Below are positions 48,267 through 58,682 of a stretch of DNA of 64,000 bases, piece by piece (within the stretch, counting starts at the first letter, position 1; each line of letters begins with the position of its first letter). A model generated the notes under the pieces. That model saw nothing but the letters and a program-made list of their open reading frames with translations, was not told the DNA's origin and made no database searches. The DNA is from Acutalibacteraceae bacterium. Lineage in GTDB: Bacteria > Bacillota > Clostridia > Oscillospirales > Acutalibacteraceae. Location: positions 9,165-73,164 of the forward strand of contig JAZUIY010000017.1 of assembly GCA_045642465.1 (NCBI GenBank), given 5' to 3'. The translations under genes and the position numbers were made by a program.

Positions 48267-49247
48267 TTATCCCAAATTTTCTTTTAAAAATGCCAAAACA
48301 GTTTGACACCAAAGTTCCGGTTCTTCTTCTACAGGGCTATGGGCAGATTCTTCAAACCAAACCCACTTTTTCACCGGTGCTTTGAGCTGGTTAAACCACG
48401 GTTCTGCCAATTCAAACGGGGTGTTATAGTCGTGACGTCCAATGGTGAGGAGAACCGGCATCTTCAGTTCCGGAATTTCCTTCATAAAGTCATGGGCAAC
48501 CACCTGTGGCCAAAGGAAGGAAGACAGATAAAATCCGCCAATGGCATACTGTGGCAGCTGATACCATTCGTATCCGTCGTTCTTCATGAATGGCTTTACG
48601 ACAGAAGTAAAGTAACCGCTGCGGTCATTCCAGTGGGCTCCGCCGTATTTGGACAGGGCACTGCGCTGTTTGCCCATGGCCAAAGAGGTTGGATAAAGAC
48701 CGTTTTCCGGTTTACACTTTTCCAACTTTGCTACTACGTCATCGTCTCCGGCTTTCTTTGCTTCGTCGTAAGCAAACTGCCAGGAAATGGCTTCGTTTCC
48801 ACAGCCTTCTACAAACTGGCCCTGTGCCAGGTAACAGCGGATGAGTTCCGGATACTTCTGACAAACCAAGCTGCCCAAAACCGTACCCCAGGAACGGCCA
48901 AAGAGAATAATCTGCTCTTGGTCAAATTCCTTGAGCAGGAACAAAATGAGCTGGTGCGCGTCCTCAATGTAGTCCTCAATGCACAGCTTGCGGTCTAAGA
49001 AAATACGAGGGGAGAAGGACTTCCCGGCACCTCGCTGGTCCCAAACCACCATGGTGTAGCCGGCATTTACCAAATTTTTTGCCTGCTGTTCAATGGCGAT
49101 GTAGCGGTCACAAGCCCCCGGGCCGCCATGGACGAATAAGATAATTGGATTCTTCTTGTCGTCGGTCATGACCCGGAAATTCTGTTTGTATCCATTGAGT
49201 TTTACGTTATATTCCTTGTCAAAACGGAAGTGATTTTTCTTTTTCAT
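48267..49247 (-). CDS. alpha/beta hydrolase, proline iminopeptidase (S33)-like
   Basis: HGGPG oxyanion motif and nucleophile elbow GRSWG. Confidence 0.8.
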   Translation of the reverse strand: MKKKNHFRFDKEYNVKLNGYKQNFRVMTDDKKNPIILFVHGGPGACDRYIAIEQQAKNLVNAGYTMVVWDQRGAGKSFSPRIFLDRKLCIEDYIEDAHQLILFLLKEFDQEQIILFGRSWGTVLGSLVCQKYPELIRCYLAQGQFVEGCGNEAISWQFAYDEAKKAGDDDVVAKLEKCKPENGLYPTSLAMGKQRSALSKYGGAHWNDRSGYFTSVVKPFMKNDGYEWYQLPQYAIGGFYLSSFLWPQVVAHDFMKEIPELKMPVLLTIGRHDYNTPFELAEPWFNQLKAPVKKWVWFEESAHSPVEEEPELWCQTVLAFLKENLG

Positions 49248-49259
49248 AAAGACGCCTTC

Positions 49260-49871
49260 TTATAAGTTTTCTTCTACAAAAGCATAGACATTGGCTGCCA
49301 GTTTTGGGCCTTTTTCCAACAGTGGGAAAAGGTCCTTTTTCAGAGCCTCACAGTAGGCTTCGTCCGTAATGGAATTCAAGTTGATTTTCACGTTGAGCCA
49401 GCCCATCTGTAAGGCAGCACTAAGGCACAAAACGCCACAGCCTACGTCAGACAGTACCAGAGAGGAACTCTTTTCTTTCAATTCGTCAATGAGCAGGATG
49501 GCTTCATAGGACTGCTTCATAATGTCAATGGGTGCCTGAATGGCCACTTTCAAAGCAGCTTGCATTTTTTCGTCCTTTTCCGGCCCGGCGGGCAGGGCGT
49601 AACAGGCGGCAAGGGGCGCAAAGTTGTCGGCATCCTGTTCTGCCAAGTGCCGGAGATTTTCCATTAAGGCCTTGAGCAGGGGCAGCATGCGCTGGATATC
49701 CTCTTCAAATTCGGCATATTTCTTTTTTCCGGCGGTCAGGTTGCAAACCATACCGCCAAGCCCTGCTCCCAAGGAACCGACAACAGCAGCCACGCCGCCA
49801 CCACCCGGAACCGGAGCCTTGGAAAAAGTATCTTCTACGAATTGAGAAACAGAAGTTGCGTTCAAATCCAT
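49260..49871 (-). CDS. cyclodeaminase/cyclohydrolase family protein (FTCD C-terminal domain-like)
   Basis: PVPGGGGVAAVVGSLGAGL motif. Start at ATG 49871 with GGAG 7 nt upstream; the track start 49949 is an extension. Confidence 0.8.
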   Translation of the reverse strand: MDLNATSVSQFVEDTFSKAPVPGGGGVAAVVGSLGAGLGGMVCNLTAGKKKYAEFEEDIQRMLPLLKALMENLRHLAEQDADNFAPLAACYALPAGPEKDEKMQAALKVAIQAPIDIMKQSYEAILLIDELKEKSSSLVLSDVGCGVLCLSAALQMGWLNVKINLNSITDEAYCEALKKDLFPLLEKGPKLAANVYAFVEENL

Positions 49872-49984
49872 ATGGGTTCTCCTCTCTAGAAATATCACTT
49901 CCATTATAGGAATTTTGCCCATTGTATTCAACTTGTGATGTCCGTACAATGAAAAAGAGAAAAGAAAAGGAAAGGAAGTTTTTT

Positions 49985-51322
49985 ATGGAGAAAAAACGTT
50001 CCGGATTTTCCTTCTGGCTACTGATCTGGGGCCTGGGTTTGGCCGGCCAGATCTGTTGGAACATGGAAAATCAATGGTTTAACACTTTCGTTTATTCCAA
50101 AATAGGCAAAGACCCTTCCATTATTACCGGCATGCTGATTTGCTCCGCACTGGCCACCACGTTCTCTACCTTCTTCTTCGGAACCTGGGCAGACCGTACC
50201 GGTAAGCGCCGTATGTTTATTGGCATGGGTTATATTCTCTGGGGTGTCTTCACCATCTGCTTTGGTCTGACCCAGTACCTGAACCAAGAGTTCTACCTCT
50301 TAGTCGGTGTGCTGGTCGTTCTTGCCGACACCATCATGAGTTTCTTCGGCTCCATGGGGAACGACGCCGGTTACAACGCCTGGTGTAACGACAACATGAA
50401 CGACAAGAACCGTGGCGGCATTGGTGCGTGCCTGGCTACGCAGCCGGTTTTGGGTACCATGTTAGGTACCGTTGTCGGCGGCTTGCTGGTTGGTTCTGAT
50501 GACAACTACATGCGCCTCTTTATTGTCATGGGCGTCTTTGTCATTCTCTTCGGTATTTTAACCTTCCTTTTCATGGGTAAACAGGATGACGTAACCCCAC
50601 ATAAAGACGGCAGTTACTGGCATCAGTTTGCTTCGGTATTCAACTTCAAAGCCTTCTTTAAAATGAAGGAACTGGTTTTGGTTCACGTAGCCATCTGCGT
50701 ATTCTTCATTGGCTTTAACGTATACTTTGCCTACATGGGCAACTATCTCATTCACTACCTGGGTTACACTGCCGACCAAATCGGTATTATTGAAGCAGTG
50801 CCACTGGGCCTCTCCATGCTCATTGCTATCCCGGTAGGAAAGATGGTCAACAAAAACCTGCATCCGTTTATTGTTTTGGCAGCCACAGTCATTAACTTTT
50901 TGGGCTGCATGTTTGTTTACCCAATTCAGGCAGATTCCATTGATACCAGCGCCATTTTCAACCCACGGGTTTGGATTGGCATTTTCATTGTAGGCGTTGG
51001 CTACATTGCCTTCCTGCAGACCGTGAAGGTTTGGGCAAAACAGCTTTATCCAAAGGATTCCCGAGGCCAGTTTGAAGGCATCTGGATTCTCTTCTTTGTG
51101 CTGCTGCCAATGATTGGCGGTTCCCTCATTGGGGAAGCGGTGGTAAAGACCAGCGGCGTTCAGTTCTTAGACGAAGTCTCCGGACAAATGCAGTACATTC
51201 CAAACGGCTCCATCTTCTTGGTAGGCGGCCTGCTGTGCCTCCTGAGCCTCATTCCAATGGCCCTGACCATTAAGCCGTTTAAAGCACGTCTTGCCGAACA
51301 AAAAATAGAATCAGCAGAATAA
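49985..51322 (+). CDS. MFS transporter
   Basis: About 12 TM. Start at ATG 49985 (MEKKRSGFSFW); the upstream extension is Lys-rich with no RBS logic. Confidence 0.8.
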   Translation: MEKKRSGFSFWLLIWGLGLAGQICWNMENQWFNTFVYSKIGKDPSIITGMLICSALATTFSTFFFGTWADRTGKRRMFIGMGYILWGVFTICFGLTQYLNQEFYLLVGVLVVLADTIMSFFGSMGNDAGYNAWCNDNMNDKNRGGIGACLATQPVLGTMLGTVVGGLLVGSDDNYMRLFIVMGVFVILFGILTFLFMGKQDDVTPHKDGSYWHQFASVFNFKAFFKMKELVLVHVAICVFFIGFNVYFAYMGNYLIHYLGYTADQIGIIEAVPLGLSMLIAIPVGKMVNKNLHPFIVLAATVINFLGCMFVYPIQADSIDTSAIFNPRVWIGIFIVGVGYIAFLQTVKVWAKQLYPKDSRGQFEGIWILFFVLLPMIGGSLIGEAVVKTSGVQFLDEVSGQMQYIPNGSIFLVGGLLCLLSLIPMALTIKPFKARLAEQKIESAE

Positions 51323-51352
51323 AAAAAGCCCCGAAAAATTCGGGGCTTTTTT
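51321..51352. terminator. bidirectional intrinsic terminator shared by MFS gene (+) and tRNA-Thr (-)
   Basis: Stem AGCCCCGAA/TTCGGGGCT (51327-51335 / 51339-51347) with an A-run and a T-run. Confidence 0.75.
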
Positions 51353-51427
51353 GGAGCTGAAGATGGGACTTGAACCCACGACCTATTGATTACGAATCAA
51401 TTGCGCTACCAACTACGCTACTTCAGC
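51352..51427 (-). tRNA. tRNA-Thr (anticodon CGT), CCA encoded
   Basis: Reverse complement folds as acceptor GCTGAAG/CTTCAGC, anticodon stem ATTGA/TCAAT with loop TTCGTAA, T-arm GTGGG TTCAAGT CCCAT, discriminator T plus CCA. Confidence 0.93.
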
Positions 51428-51543
51428 AAAGGCAACGCCTATTATACAATTAATTTCAGCCGGTGTATATAGCATTTTTTGGCGGGCTATGGTATCATGA
51501 ATTGACATAAAAAACCAGTAATCTTACTGGGAGGAGTACAATT

Positions 51544-52200
51544 ATGAAAATGAAAAAGTACGTTTCTTTGGTGCTTGCTGCATTCATGATGTTGCTTTGC
51601 CTCACAGCTTGCGGCGGTGTACCAAGTGAATTTAAAGGACATTTAATGGCTCGTTATATTGAGCAGATTCAGGACGGTTCTTATACCTATGAATCTTCCC
51701 GTTTGAACGACAAGTCCGACGCCAAAACCACGTTCTGTAAAGTGGATGACGACAAGGTTATGGTTACCATTGCACAGGGTGACAGCACCGCTTGTCTCAT
51801 GAAGAACGGAGACAACTACTACGTCATCTCTCCTGCACAGTTTGCTTATACCGATGCAACCGGTGCAACCAAGAAGCAGATTGTAGCTTACACCACCAGC
51901 CTTTCCATTGAAAACTGGGTTGGCGGTGCCTTCGTAGAAGAGGGTACTGAAAAGGTGAAGGGTACTGCATATCAGTACGAAGATTACTACATCGCCTCTA
52001 CCCAAAAGCGTACCCGTTACTTCTTTGATGAAGATGATAATTTAGTAATGGTTGGCGTAGTAAACTCCAAGGGAAAGGTAGACGAATACCTGACCATGAA
52101 TATTTATTCCGCTAGCGAATCTGCATTCAACCAGCTGAACAGTTATCATTATTATGATAAGAACGGCAACTTAGTTACCACAACTACAGCTGCAAAGTAA
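51544..52200 (+). CDS. hypothetical lipoprotein
   Basis: Signal peptide with lipobox LTAC. GGAGG RBS. No family motif I can name. Confidence 0.65.
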   Translation: MKMKKYVSLVLAAFMMLLCLTACGGVPSEFKGHLMARYIEQIQDGSYTYESSRLNDKSDAKTTFCKVDDDKVMVTIAQGDSTACLMKNGDNYYVISPAQFAYTDATGATKKQIVAYTTSLSIENWVGGAFVEEGTEKVKGTAYQYEDYYIASTQKRTRYFFDEDDNLVMVGVVNSKGKVDEYLTMNIYSASESAFNQLNSYHYYDKNGNLVTTTTAAK

Positions 52201-52206
52201 AGTACC

Positions 52207-52238
52207 GAGTACCTTGGAATCCAAGGTACTCTTTTTTT
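52207..52238 (+). terminator. intrinsic terminator
   Basis: 11-bp stem GAGTACCTTGG/CCAAGGTACTC followed by TTTTTTT. Confidence 0.7.
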
Positions 52239-52250
52239 AAGGAGTATCTT

Positions 52251-52976
52251 ATGTCTGTATTGATTACCGGCGCTTCCAGCGGCATTGGAAAGGCCACCGC
52301 CATTCTCTTTGCCAGAGCAGGGTTTGCCACTGCCATTTGCTACAACACCAATGGAGAAGCAGCCAAGGCCCTTTGCGAAGAATTGACTGCGGAGGGCTGT
52401 GCTTGCAAAACCTACGGAGGCAATTTGTCAGACCCGCATACGGCTGGGAAACTGGTAGAAGCAGTGGCTCAGGACTTGGGCCCTGTAACCGTTTTGGTCA
52501 ACAATGCCGGCATTAGTTATAGCGGCCTGTTGACAGACATGTCGGATACCGATTATAAAGAAGTTATGGCAGTGAATTTAGATAGCGCCTTTTACTTGAG
52601 CCGTGCCGTTTTGCCGGGCATGGTCCACGAGAAAAACGGATCCATCATCAATGTTTCTTCCATGTGGGGAGAAGTAGGCGCATCCTGTGAAGTGGTTTAC
52701 AGCACTGCAAAGGCCGGCTTAATTGGATTTACCAAAGCGTTGGCCAAAGAAGTAGGGCCAAGTAACATCCGCGTCAACTGTGTCAGCCCGGGAGTTATTG
52801 ACACACCAATGAACGCTTGTTATGACGAAGAAACCATGAGAGACTTGGCGGAGGAGACACCGCTGAATCGCATCGGCACCCCGGAAGAAGTGGCCAATGT
52901 CATTTTCTTCTTGGCATCAGATAAGGCAACTTTCATTACCGGCCAGGACATCGGCGTCAATGGCGGAATGATTTAA
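52251..52976 (+). CDS. SDR-family oxidoreductase (FabG-like)
   Basis: TGASSGIG cofactor motif, NNAG, and catalytic YSTAK. Confidence 0.88.
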   Translation: MSVLITGASSGIGKATAILFARAGFATAICYNTNGEAAKALCEELTAEGCACKTYGGNLSDPHTAGKLVEAVAQDLGPVTVLVNNAGISYSGLLTDMSDTDYKEVMAVNLDSAFYLSRAVLPGMVHEKNGSIINVSSMWGEVGASCEVVYSTAKAGLIGFTKALAKEVGPSNIRVNCVSPGVIDTPMNACYDEETMRDLAEETPLNRIGTPEEVANVIFFLASDKATFITGQDIGVNGGMI

Positions 52977-53000
52977 TATTAATCTAGGGGGACATATGAA

Positions 53001-54068
53001 ATGCAAAAGCAAAATGAAATCAAAGTGCCAACCAAATTGTTGGACGAAAAAGGTTATGTAACAGAACCTGGCTGGGCAAGACACAACCGCCTGCTGCAGT
53101 ACAACAAAGCAGATGTTACTGCTCATCCACTGCGGATTAAGGAATGGGACTTCTTCCAGATTTCTGACGGCCGTTATATGACCCAGTTCACCATTGCCAA
53201 CATTTCCATGGCAGAAGCAGGCTGCATTACCGTAACCGACATCAAAACCGGACAGCTTGTTCTGTTGGCTGCAATGGCTCATGTTTACACCGTAAACCGC
53301 TTCCCAATGCCATCTTGTTCTGATGACCCATGTGACGTAAAGCGTAACTACCTTTACTTCAAGATGGAGGAAACCTACAATGGCAAGAACCTTCGTGAAC
53401 TGAAGGCTTCCGGTATTGCTCTTTGGCCTCTGGGTCAGAAGTTCGAATTGGACTATAAGTGTGAAGTTCCGGAAGGACAGGAATCTATTAATATTGTTAT
53501 TCCTTGGAAGAAGAAGGACGCTCCTGGTTCCGAAAAGATGAAGGACCACTTCTTCTACACCAATAAAGAAGACTGCATGCCAGTTACCGGCTTTGTTTCC
53601 GTTGGTAAGAAACGCATCAACTTTACTCCGGACAAGACCTTCTGTGTACTGGACTGGGGCCGTGGTGTTTGGGCTCACGACATTCGCTGGCTGTGGGGCA
53701 ACGGTACCACCTATATCAACGACAAGCTCTTTGGCTTTGAATTGACCTGGGGCTTCGGTGACGACTCCGATGCTACCGAAACCTGCCTGTTCTATGACGG
53801 TGTTGCTCATAAGCTGGGTAAGTGTACTGCAGATTATGACCTGAAACATCCGCTTCGCCCATGGGTATTCCATGAAGAAAACGGACGTTTTGAAATGACC
53901 ATGACACCAATTTATAACAATGCTATGGCATTCGACATCGGTGTTGCCGGCGCTCATACCAACCAGGTACACGGTCTCTGGAATGGTACCGTTACTTTGG
54001 ATGACGGCACTGTATTAGAAATCAAAGACATGTACGCTTTCTGCGAAGACTGCCATAACAAGTGGTAA
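53001..54068 (+). CDS. DUF2804-like protein
   Basis: 355 aa. The N-terminal pattern LLDEKGYVTEPGW...LRIKEWDFF resembles DUF2804 family members as I recall them; not verifiable here. Confidence 0.6.
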   Translation: MQKQNEIKVPTKLLDEKGYVTEPGWARHNRLLQYNKADVTAHPLRIKEWDFFQISDGRYMTQFTIANISMAEAGCITVTDIKTGQLVLLAAMAHVYTVNRFPMPSCSDDPCDVKRNYLYFKMEETYNGKNLRELKASGIALWPLGQKFELDYKCEVPEGQESINIVIPWKKKDAPGSEKMKDHFFYTNKEDCMPVTGFVSVGKKRINFTPDKTFCVLDWGRGVWAHDIRWLWGNGTTYINDKLFGFELTWGFGDDSDATETCLFYDGVAHKLGKCTADYDLKHPLRPWVFHEENGRFEMTMTPIYNNAMAFDIGVAGAHTNQVHGLWNGTVTLDDGTVLEIKDMYAFCEDCHNKW

Positions 54069-54120
54069 GTTCGTTTCTGCCTTATGTAGGCACGAAAAAG
54101 CAATAGAAAAAGAAAACAAA

Positions 54121-54155
54121 AGAAAACCCGGTTCCTTAAAGGAACCGGGTTTTTG
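54121..54155. terminator. bidirectional intrinsic terminator
   Basis: Stem CCCGGTTCC/GGAACCGGG (54127-54135 / 54141-54149), A-run before and T-run after. Confidence 0.75.
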
Positions 54156-54177
54156 CGTATACCGGAAGAGCATTCTT

Positions 54178-55827
54178 CTAATTTTCAGTTGGCAGTTTGG
54201 TCAGTTTTTTTGCCCAAGTCTTGAGGAAGACAAGTACAATCATCAAAAGAACGAGAGCAATTGCCAAAGACATCCATACGTTTTGAACGAAGCCGGCCAC
54301 AATGTAAGAAACACAGGAGACGGCGGCTACGGTTAAGGCATATGGTATTTGGGTCTTTACGTGTACCAGGTGGTTACACTGAGCACCGGCAGAGGACATG
54401 ATAGTGGTGTCGGAAATTGGGGAAATGTGGTCACCGCAAACAGAACCTGCAAGGCATGCGGACATACCAATGAGGAACAGTGGGTTGGTAACAGCAAATA
54501 CCTGAGTCACAATTGGAATCAGGATCCCGAAGGTACCCCAAGAAGTGCCGGTGGAGAAGGAGATAAACACAGCTACCAGGAAAATGATGGCCGGCAGGAA
54601 TTTCTGCAGGTCTCCGGCATTGGCCATGGCTTCCTGTACAAAGGCACTGGAGTCCAGAAGGGAAGTCATGTTCTTCAAAGCAGTGGCAAGTACCACAATG
54701 AGGATTGGCGCTACCATGGAAACAAATCCATCCGGAATGCATTTCATGGCATCGTTAAAGCTGATGACACGGCGGCAAACCATATAAATAATGGTGAATA
54801 CCAAGGTGACAATGCCTGCCCAAGGAAGGCCGACCGTTGCGTCCGTGTTGGAGAAGGCATCAATGAAATTGTTGCCTTCAAAAATACCGCCTACATAAAC
54901 CAGGGCAAATACAGAAACAGCAATGAGGACTACTACCGGAAGGATTAAGTCCATCATTTTACCGTTGCTGTTGGTCTCATTCTCTATGGTGTTTTTATCG
55001 TTAACATCGTCAGAGAAGAGAACCCCCTTGGAAATGGCGTTGGCTTCGTACTTCTTCATTGGGCCATAGTCAATCTGGAAAATGGCAATGACAATAATGA
55101 AGGCCAAAGTCAGCAGGGAGTAGTAGTTATATGGAATGGCCTGAATAAACAGTTTCAAACCGCTTTCACCGGTTCCTTTGGCGTAGTCTGCAACAGCTGC
55201 TGCCCAAGAGGAAATTGGGGCAATCATACAAATCGGAGCGGCGGTGGCATCAATTAAATAGGCCAACTTTGCTCTGGAAATTTTATGGGAGTCCGTAACC
55301 GGTCTCATAACAGCACCTACGGTAAGGCAGTTGAAATAGTCATCAATGAAGATGAGAACCCCTAATGCGAAGGTGGCCAACATGGCGCCTGGACGGGTCT
55401 TAATGTGCTTTTGTGCCCATTCACCGAAGGCGGCAGAGCCGCCGGCTTTGTTGACTAAAGAAACGATGGCACCCAAAGTAACCAAGAAAATGATGATACC
55501 GGCCAAAGAGATAATGGAGCCGGTAGGACCGTCAGATCCGTCACTGACAAATCCGGCAGTGAGCAGAGTGTCCATGGTTTCCAGCGGCTGAAACCCGCTG
55601 TAAATGGCAGCCCCGGCCAAAACACCCAAAAACAGGGAAGAATAGACTTCTTTGGTTACCAGGGCCAGGCCAATGGCGAATACCGGTGGGAACAAAGACC
55701 ACAGGGTGGCATTTGGCACCGTAATTGGTGACATAACGCCGCAAACGACGGCAAACAGGATGACAAAGGCTATGGCTGCTATGCCAGTCTTTGAAATAGG
55801 GAACTTGCGTTCGGCTTTTCGGTTCAT
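54178..55827 (-). CDS. NhaC-family antiporter-type transporter, lysine-riboswitch controlled
   Basis: 549 aa, polytopic, with family-like FIDDYFNCLTVGAVMRP segment. GGAGG RBS 7 nt upstream. Confidence 0.85.
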   Translation of the reverse strand: MNRKAERKFPISKTGIAAIAFVILFAVVCGVMSPITVPNATLWSLFPPVFAIGLALVTKEVYSSLFLGVLAGAAIYSGFQPLETMDTLLTAGFVSDGSDGPTGSIISLAGIIIFLVTLGAIVSLVNKAGGSAAFGEWAQKHIKTRPGAMLATFALGVLIFIDDYFNCLTVGAVMRPVTDSHKISRAKLAYLIDATAAPICMIAPISSWAAAVADYAKGTGESGLKLFIQAIPYNYYSLLTLAFIIVIAIFQIDYGPMKKYEANAISKGVLFSDDVNDKNTIENETNSNGKMMDLILPVVVLIAVSVFALVYVGGIFEGNNFIDAFSNTDATVGLPWAGIVTLVFTIIYMVCRRVISFNDAMKCIPDGFVSMVAPILIVVLATALKNMTSLLDSSAFVQEAMANAGDLQKFLPAIIFLVAVFISFSTGTSWGTFGILIPIVTQVFAVTNPLFLIGMSACLAGSVCGDHISPISDTTIMSSAGAQCNHLVHVKTQIPYALTVAAVSCVSYIVAGFVQNVWMSLAIALVLLMIVLVFLKTWAKKLTKLPTEN

Positions 55828-55849
55828 AGGTGAACCTCCTCACAAAAAT

Positions 55850-55892
55850 AGTAAAAAAGAAAGCAGTTATAGCGCTATGCTATAACTGCTTT
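55850..55892 (-). terminator. lysine riboswitch expression-platform terminator
   Basis: 13-bp stem 55861-55873/55879-55891 followed, on the minus strand, by TCTTTTTT. Confidence 0.75.
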
Positions 55893-55915
55893 AAATGCAT
55901 CTTAAAACAGAATTT

Positions 55916-56074
55916 CGTAGCGCTCCACAAACTTGTGACAGTGGCATACTTCTTCAATATGTCCCCAGCAAACAAGCCCTGACAGCTGCTTGTTCACTTC
56001 GGCGGAAGCCCCTTTTGTCTTGCTGCTCTGTCCAGCGTTTGCAAGAGGACTGATGGATTCCGCGCCTCTACTTA
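55916..56074 (-). promoter_or_regulatory. lysine riboswitch (L-box) aptamer
   Basis: Minus-strand sequence contains GTAGAGGCGCG, CCGCCGAAG, GCTGGGGA, CCACTGTCAC and GTGGAGCGCTAC. These match the conserved L-box blocks seen in the B. subtilis lysC and Thermotoga lysine riboswitches. Confidence 0.88.
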
Positions 56075-56091
56075 AATTCAATTACTTTGGT

Positions 56092-56120
56092 AGTTTACCA
56101 CTTGAGCCGGTGGATGACAA
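56092..56120 (-). promoter_or_regulatory. sigma-70-like promoter driving the lysine riboswitch
   Basis: Minus strand TTGTCA (56120-56115), 17-nt spacer ending in TGG, then TAAACT (56097-56092). Confidence 0.5.
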
Positions 56121-56125
56121 GGGCT

Positions 56126-56569
56126 TTAGGCCCGTCCGGTAGAACCGAAGCCGCCCCGGTCAGGGCCGGTTAAATGGTCTACTTCGGTAAAGCTCAAGGT
56201 TGGCTGGTTCTTCATGATGCGGAACTGACAAACCCGGTCGTTAACATGAATTTCCGTGTCTCTCATGGCCAGTACCGGCATGAACCACTGGTCGTTGTCT
56301 CCGGAGTAGGAGGCATCAATGACACCCATGGAATTGACCTGGATGACACCGAAGTTTTTAAAGGTGGAAGAGCGGGGAACCACATGGGCTTCGTAGCCTT
56401 CCGGCAGCTGCATGGCAACCCCCAAAGGAATCAGTTTAAAATCCCCTTGCTTTAATTGGATTTCTTCTGCACAGCGCAGGTCAATCCAGTCGGATTTGCC
56501 GTCAATGTAGCGCAGTTTTTCAATGTCTTCGGTAAAGTATTTGATTTTGATGTCCTTCAAAATATCCAT
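56126..56569 (-). CDS. dut: dUTP diphosphatase
   Basis: GVIDASY motif 3 and C-terminal RGGFGSTG motif 5. Start overlaps the stop of the U32 gene. Confidence 0.9.
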   Translation of the reverse strand: MDILKDIKIKYFTEDIEKLRYIDGKSDWIDLRCAEEIQLKQGDFKLIPLGVAMQLPEGYEAHVVPRSSTFKNFGVIQVNSMGVIDASYSGDNDQWFMPVLAMRDTEIHVNDRVCQFRIMKNQPTLSFTEVDHLTGPDRGGFGSTGRA

Positions 56570-58671
56570 TACTGAACTCCTCTAAAATATAGGCCCCGGG
56601 TAAAGTCCCCGGTTGGCGTTTCTTGGTCTTTGTATGCCAAGGCGATTTGCTCTATTTCTTCTTTTTCCTCCGTGGTGCAGTACAGCAGCTGGAAGTCTAA
56701 ATTCCACAATTCCGTTTGCCGGTCGGCCAATTGAATAGGAACGGAATTTAATAGTTCGCTTACGCCGTTGTTACACTGTACCGGGAAGAAGATGCCTTTG
56801 CGGTCGGTCAGTCCCCGGTCCTTGTGACAGGAACTGCAGTCGGTGCCATTTTTCACCGGACAGTTTCTGGTCAGCATGAGGGGAAGGCGGCCGTAGGAGA
56901 GAATGCCTCTTCTTAGGGTTCCCTTTAATTTGTTCAGCTCCGAAAGAGGAAGTTCTGCAGAGCAGATAGCGGCGGTGACACCCAAGGCTTCCAGTTCGGA
57001 AAGGGTCAGGGAATTATAGGCGTTGATACCAAAATTGGTATAAATAGGAAGGCCATGTTCTTTGGCTAATATAACGCCATCCAAATTGCCGGCTAAGACA
57101 AATTTGGCACCATAGCCTTTGGCAGTCTCTAAAAGACTGTGGATTTTTTCATTGTTTCCGTAGAGTGCCCGTGGCAGTTCTACGGCAAATGGAATTTGCG
57201 CCTTTTGTAATAGTAGTAGTTTGGCGTCAGGAGTTTGTACCGGAACAATGACGGCAGAAAGGCCGAGTCCCTGTAGGGCTGCCGGCTCCTGAAGCCACCG
57301 GTCCGGAATTTGATGGAATCCGGATACCCGTAGTAGGGTAGAAAGCTCAGCTGCCTGATGAAGCGGCATGGCTTGTGGCAGGTAGGCATCCGGTTCGGCA
57401 CAGTCTTTGGAAACAGTGTCTTGCCAAAGTACGTTTAGCTTGGCGATGGCGTTTCTACGCAGTTCGTTTAAGGAAGAAACCGGAAGGAAACAGTCTCCTT
57501 CTAAAGTAATATCAAGGTCTTCTACTTGGTATCCGGTGCCGCCGGTTTTCCGTAGTTGTTTTTCCACAGACTCTGCTGTGGCAGCCTTGTTTTGGGCTTT
57601 GGAAACCGGGTTTTCACTTTTCACCGATGCAGTGAGCGGGCCTTGTTCCGTGAAGCAGGAAACCGTCAATTCCATTGAGCTTCCGACGGTAGCGGAAAAG
57701 GTCATATCTAAGACAGCCTGGCGGTGGTCCTCCGCATAAAGGCTGCTGAGCTTTTCCAGCACCGGGGCGGCAGCGGTAACGTCGTCTTTCTGACGGGTGC
57801 CGAACATCTGGACCCCGCGGTGGCCGGTGAAATACCCGTCCGTGAACCCGGAGCGGGAGAACACGGCACGCAGGTCCTGTTCTAAGGCCGGATCCTGTTC
57901 ACCCCGCAATGCCTTCTGGCATGCGGTAACCGCAGCGGCAACATACTCCGGCCGTTTCATGCGCCCTTCAATTTTGAAAGACGATATGCCCGCAGCCGCC
58001 AGCTCCGGTAAGTGTTCAATAATACTTAAATCCTTCAGGGAAAGGTCATGTCTGGTACCGCCCGGTGCTTCAAACTTCAGCCGGCACGGCTGGGCACACA
58101 GACCTCGGTTCCCGCTTCGGCCACCCAGCATGGCACTGAGATAACACTGGCCGGAAACACACATGCAAAGCGCACCGTGAATGAAGAGTTCCAACTCCAT
58201 TGTGGTGGCTTTCCGGATTTCTTTGATTTCCCGAAGGGACAATTCTCTCGGCAATACCGCTCTGGTAAAGCCAAGTTCTTCTAATGCTTGAAAACCTGCC
58301 GGACTCATAACTGCCATTTGGGTAGAGGCGTGAAGCGGCATGTCTGGTGCCAGCTTATGCACTAAGCGGGCCAGTCCAAGGTCTTGAATGATAAATGCGT
58401 CTACGCCGGAGGCGCAGCCGCATTTCACCAGTTCCAAAGCTTCAGGGAGTTCATTGTCTGAACAAAGCGTGTTCAGAGTGAGGTGTACGTTGACTCCGTG
58501 AATATGGCAGTATTCAGTTATGGCAGGAAGATCTTCTTTCGTGAAGTTTTGCGCGTTACGGCGTGCATTGAAGTTGCCTACCCCAAGGTAGACCGCATCT
58601 GCACCGCTTAAAACGGCAGCTTCTAAGGCTTCCCGGCTTCCGGCCGGTGCCAAGATTTCCTTGGATTCCAT
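56569..58671 (-). CDS. U32-family peptidase-like protein (long form)
   Basis: U32 signature [19 protein letters not shown]. 700 aa with an extended C-terminal region. Confidence 0.88.
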   Translation of the reverse strand: MESKEILAPAGSREALEAAVLSGADAVYLGVGNFNARRNAQNFTKEDLPAITEYCHIHGVNVHLTLNTLCSDNELPEALELVKCGCASGVDAFIIQDLGLARLVHKLAPDMPLHASTQMAVMSPAGFQALEELGFTRAVLPRELSLREIKEIRKATTMELELFIHGALCMCVSGQCYLSAMLGGRSGNRGLCAQPCRLKFEAPGGTRHDLSLKDLSIIEHLPELAAAGISSFKIEGRMKRPEYVAAAVTACQKALRGEQDPALEQDLRAVFSRSGFTDGYFTGHRGVQMFGTRQKDDVTAAAPVLEKLSSLYAEDHRQAVLDMTFSATVGSSMELTVSCFTEQGPLTASVKSENPVSKAQNKAATAESVEKQLRKTGGTGYQVEDLDITLEGDCFLPVSSLNELRRNAIAKLNVLWQDTVSKDCAEPDAYLPQAMPLHQAAELSTLLRVSGFHQIPDRWLQEPAALQGLGLSAVIVPVQTPDAKLLLLQKAQIPFAVELPRALYGNNEKIHSLLETAKGYGAKFVLAGNLDGVILAKEHGLPIYTNFGINAYNSLTLSELEALGVTAAICSAELPLSELNKLKGTLRRGILSYGRLPLMLTRNCPVKNGTDCSSCHKDRGLTDRKGIFFPVQCNNGVSELLNSVPIQLADRQTELWNLDFQLLYCTTEEKEEIEQIALAYKDQETPTGDFTRGLYFRGVQ

Positions 58672-58682
58672 GGTTTCCTTTC

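Noticed and set aside
52917-53972. 351-aa minus-strand ORF
   Set aside because: It is antisense to the DUF2804-like gene, which has an RBS, sensible spacing from the SDR gene and a terminator. The minus ORF has none of these.
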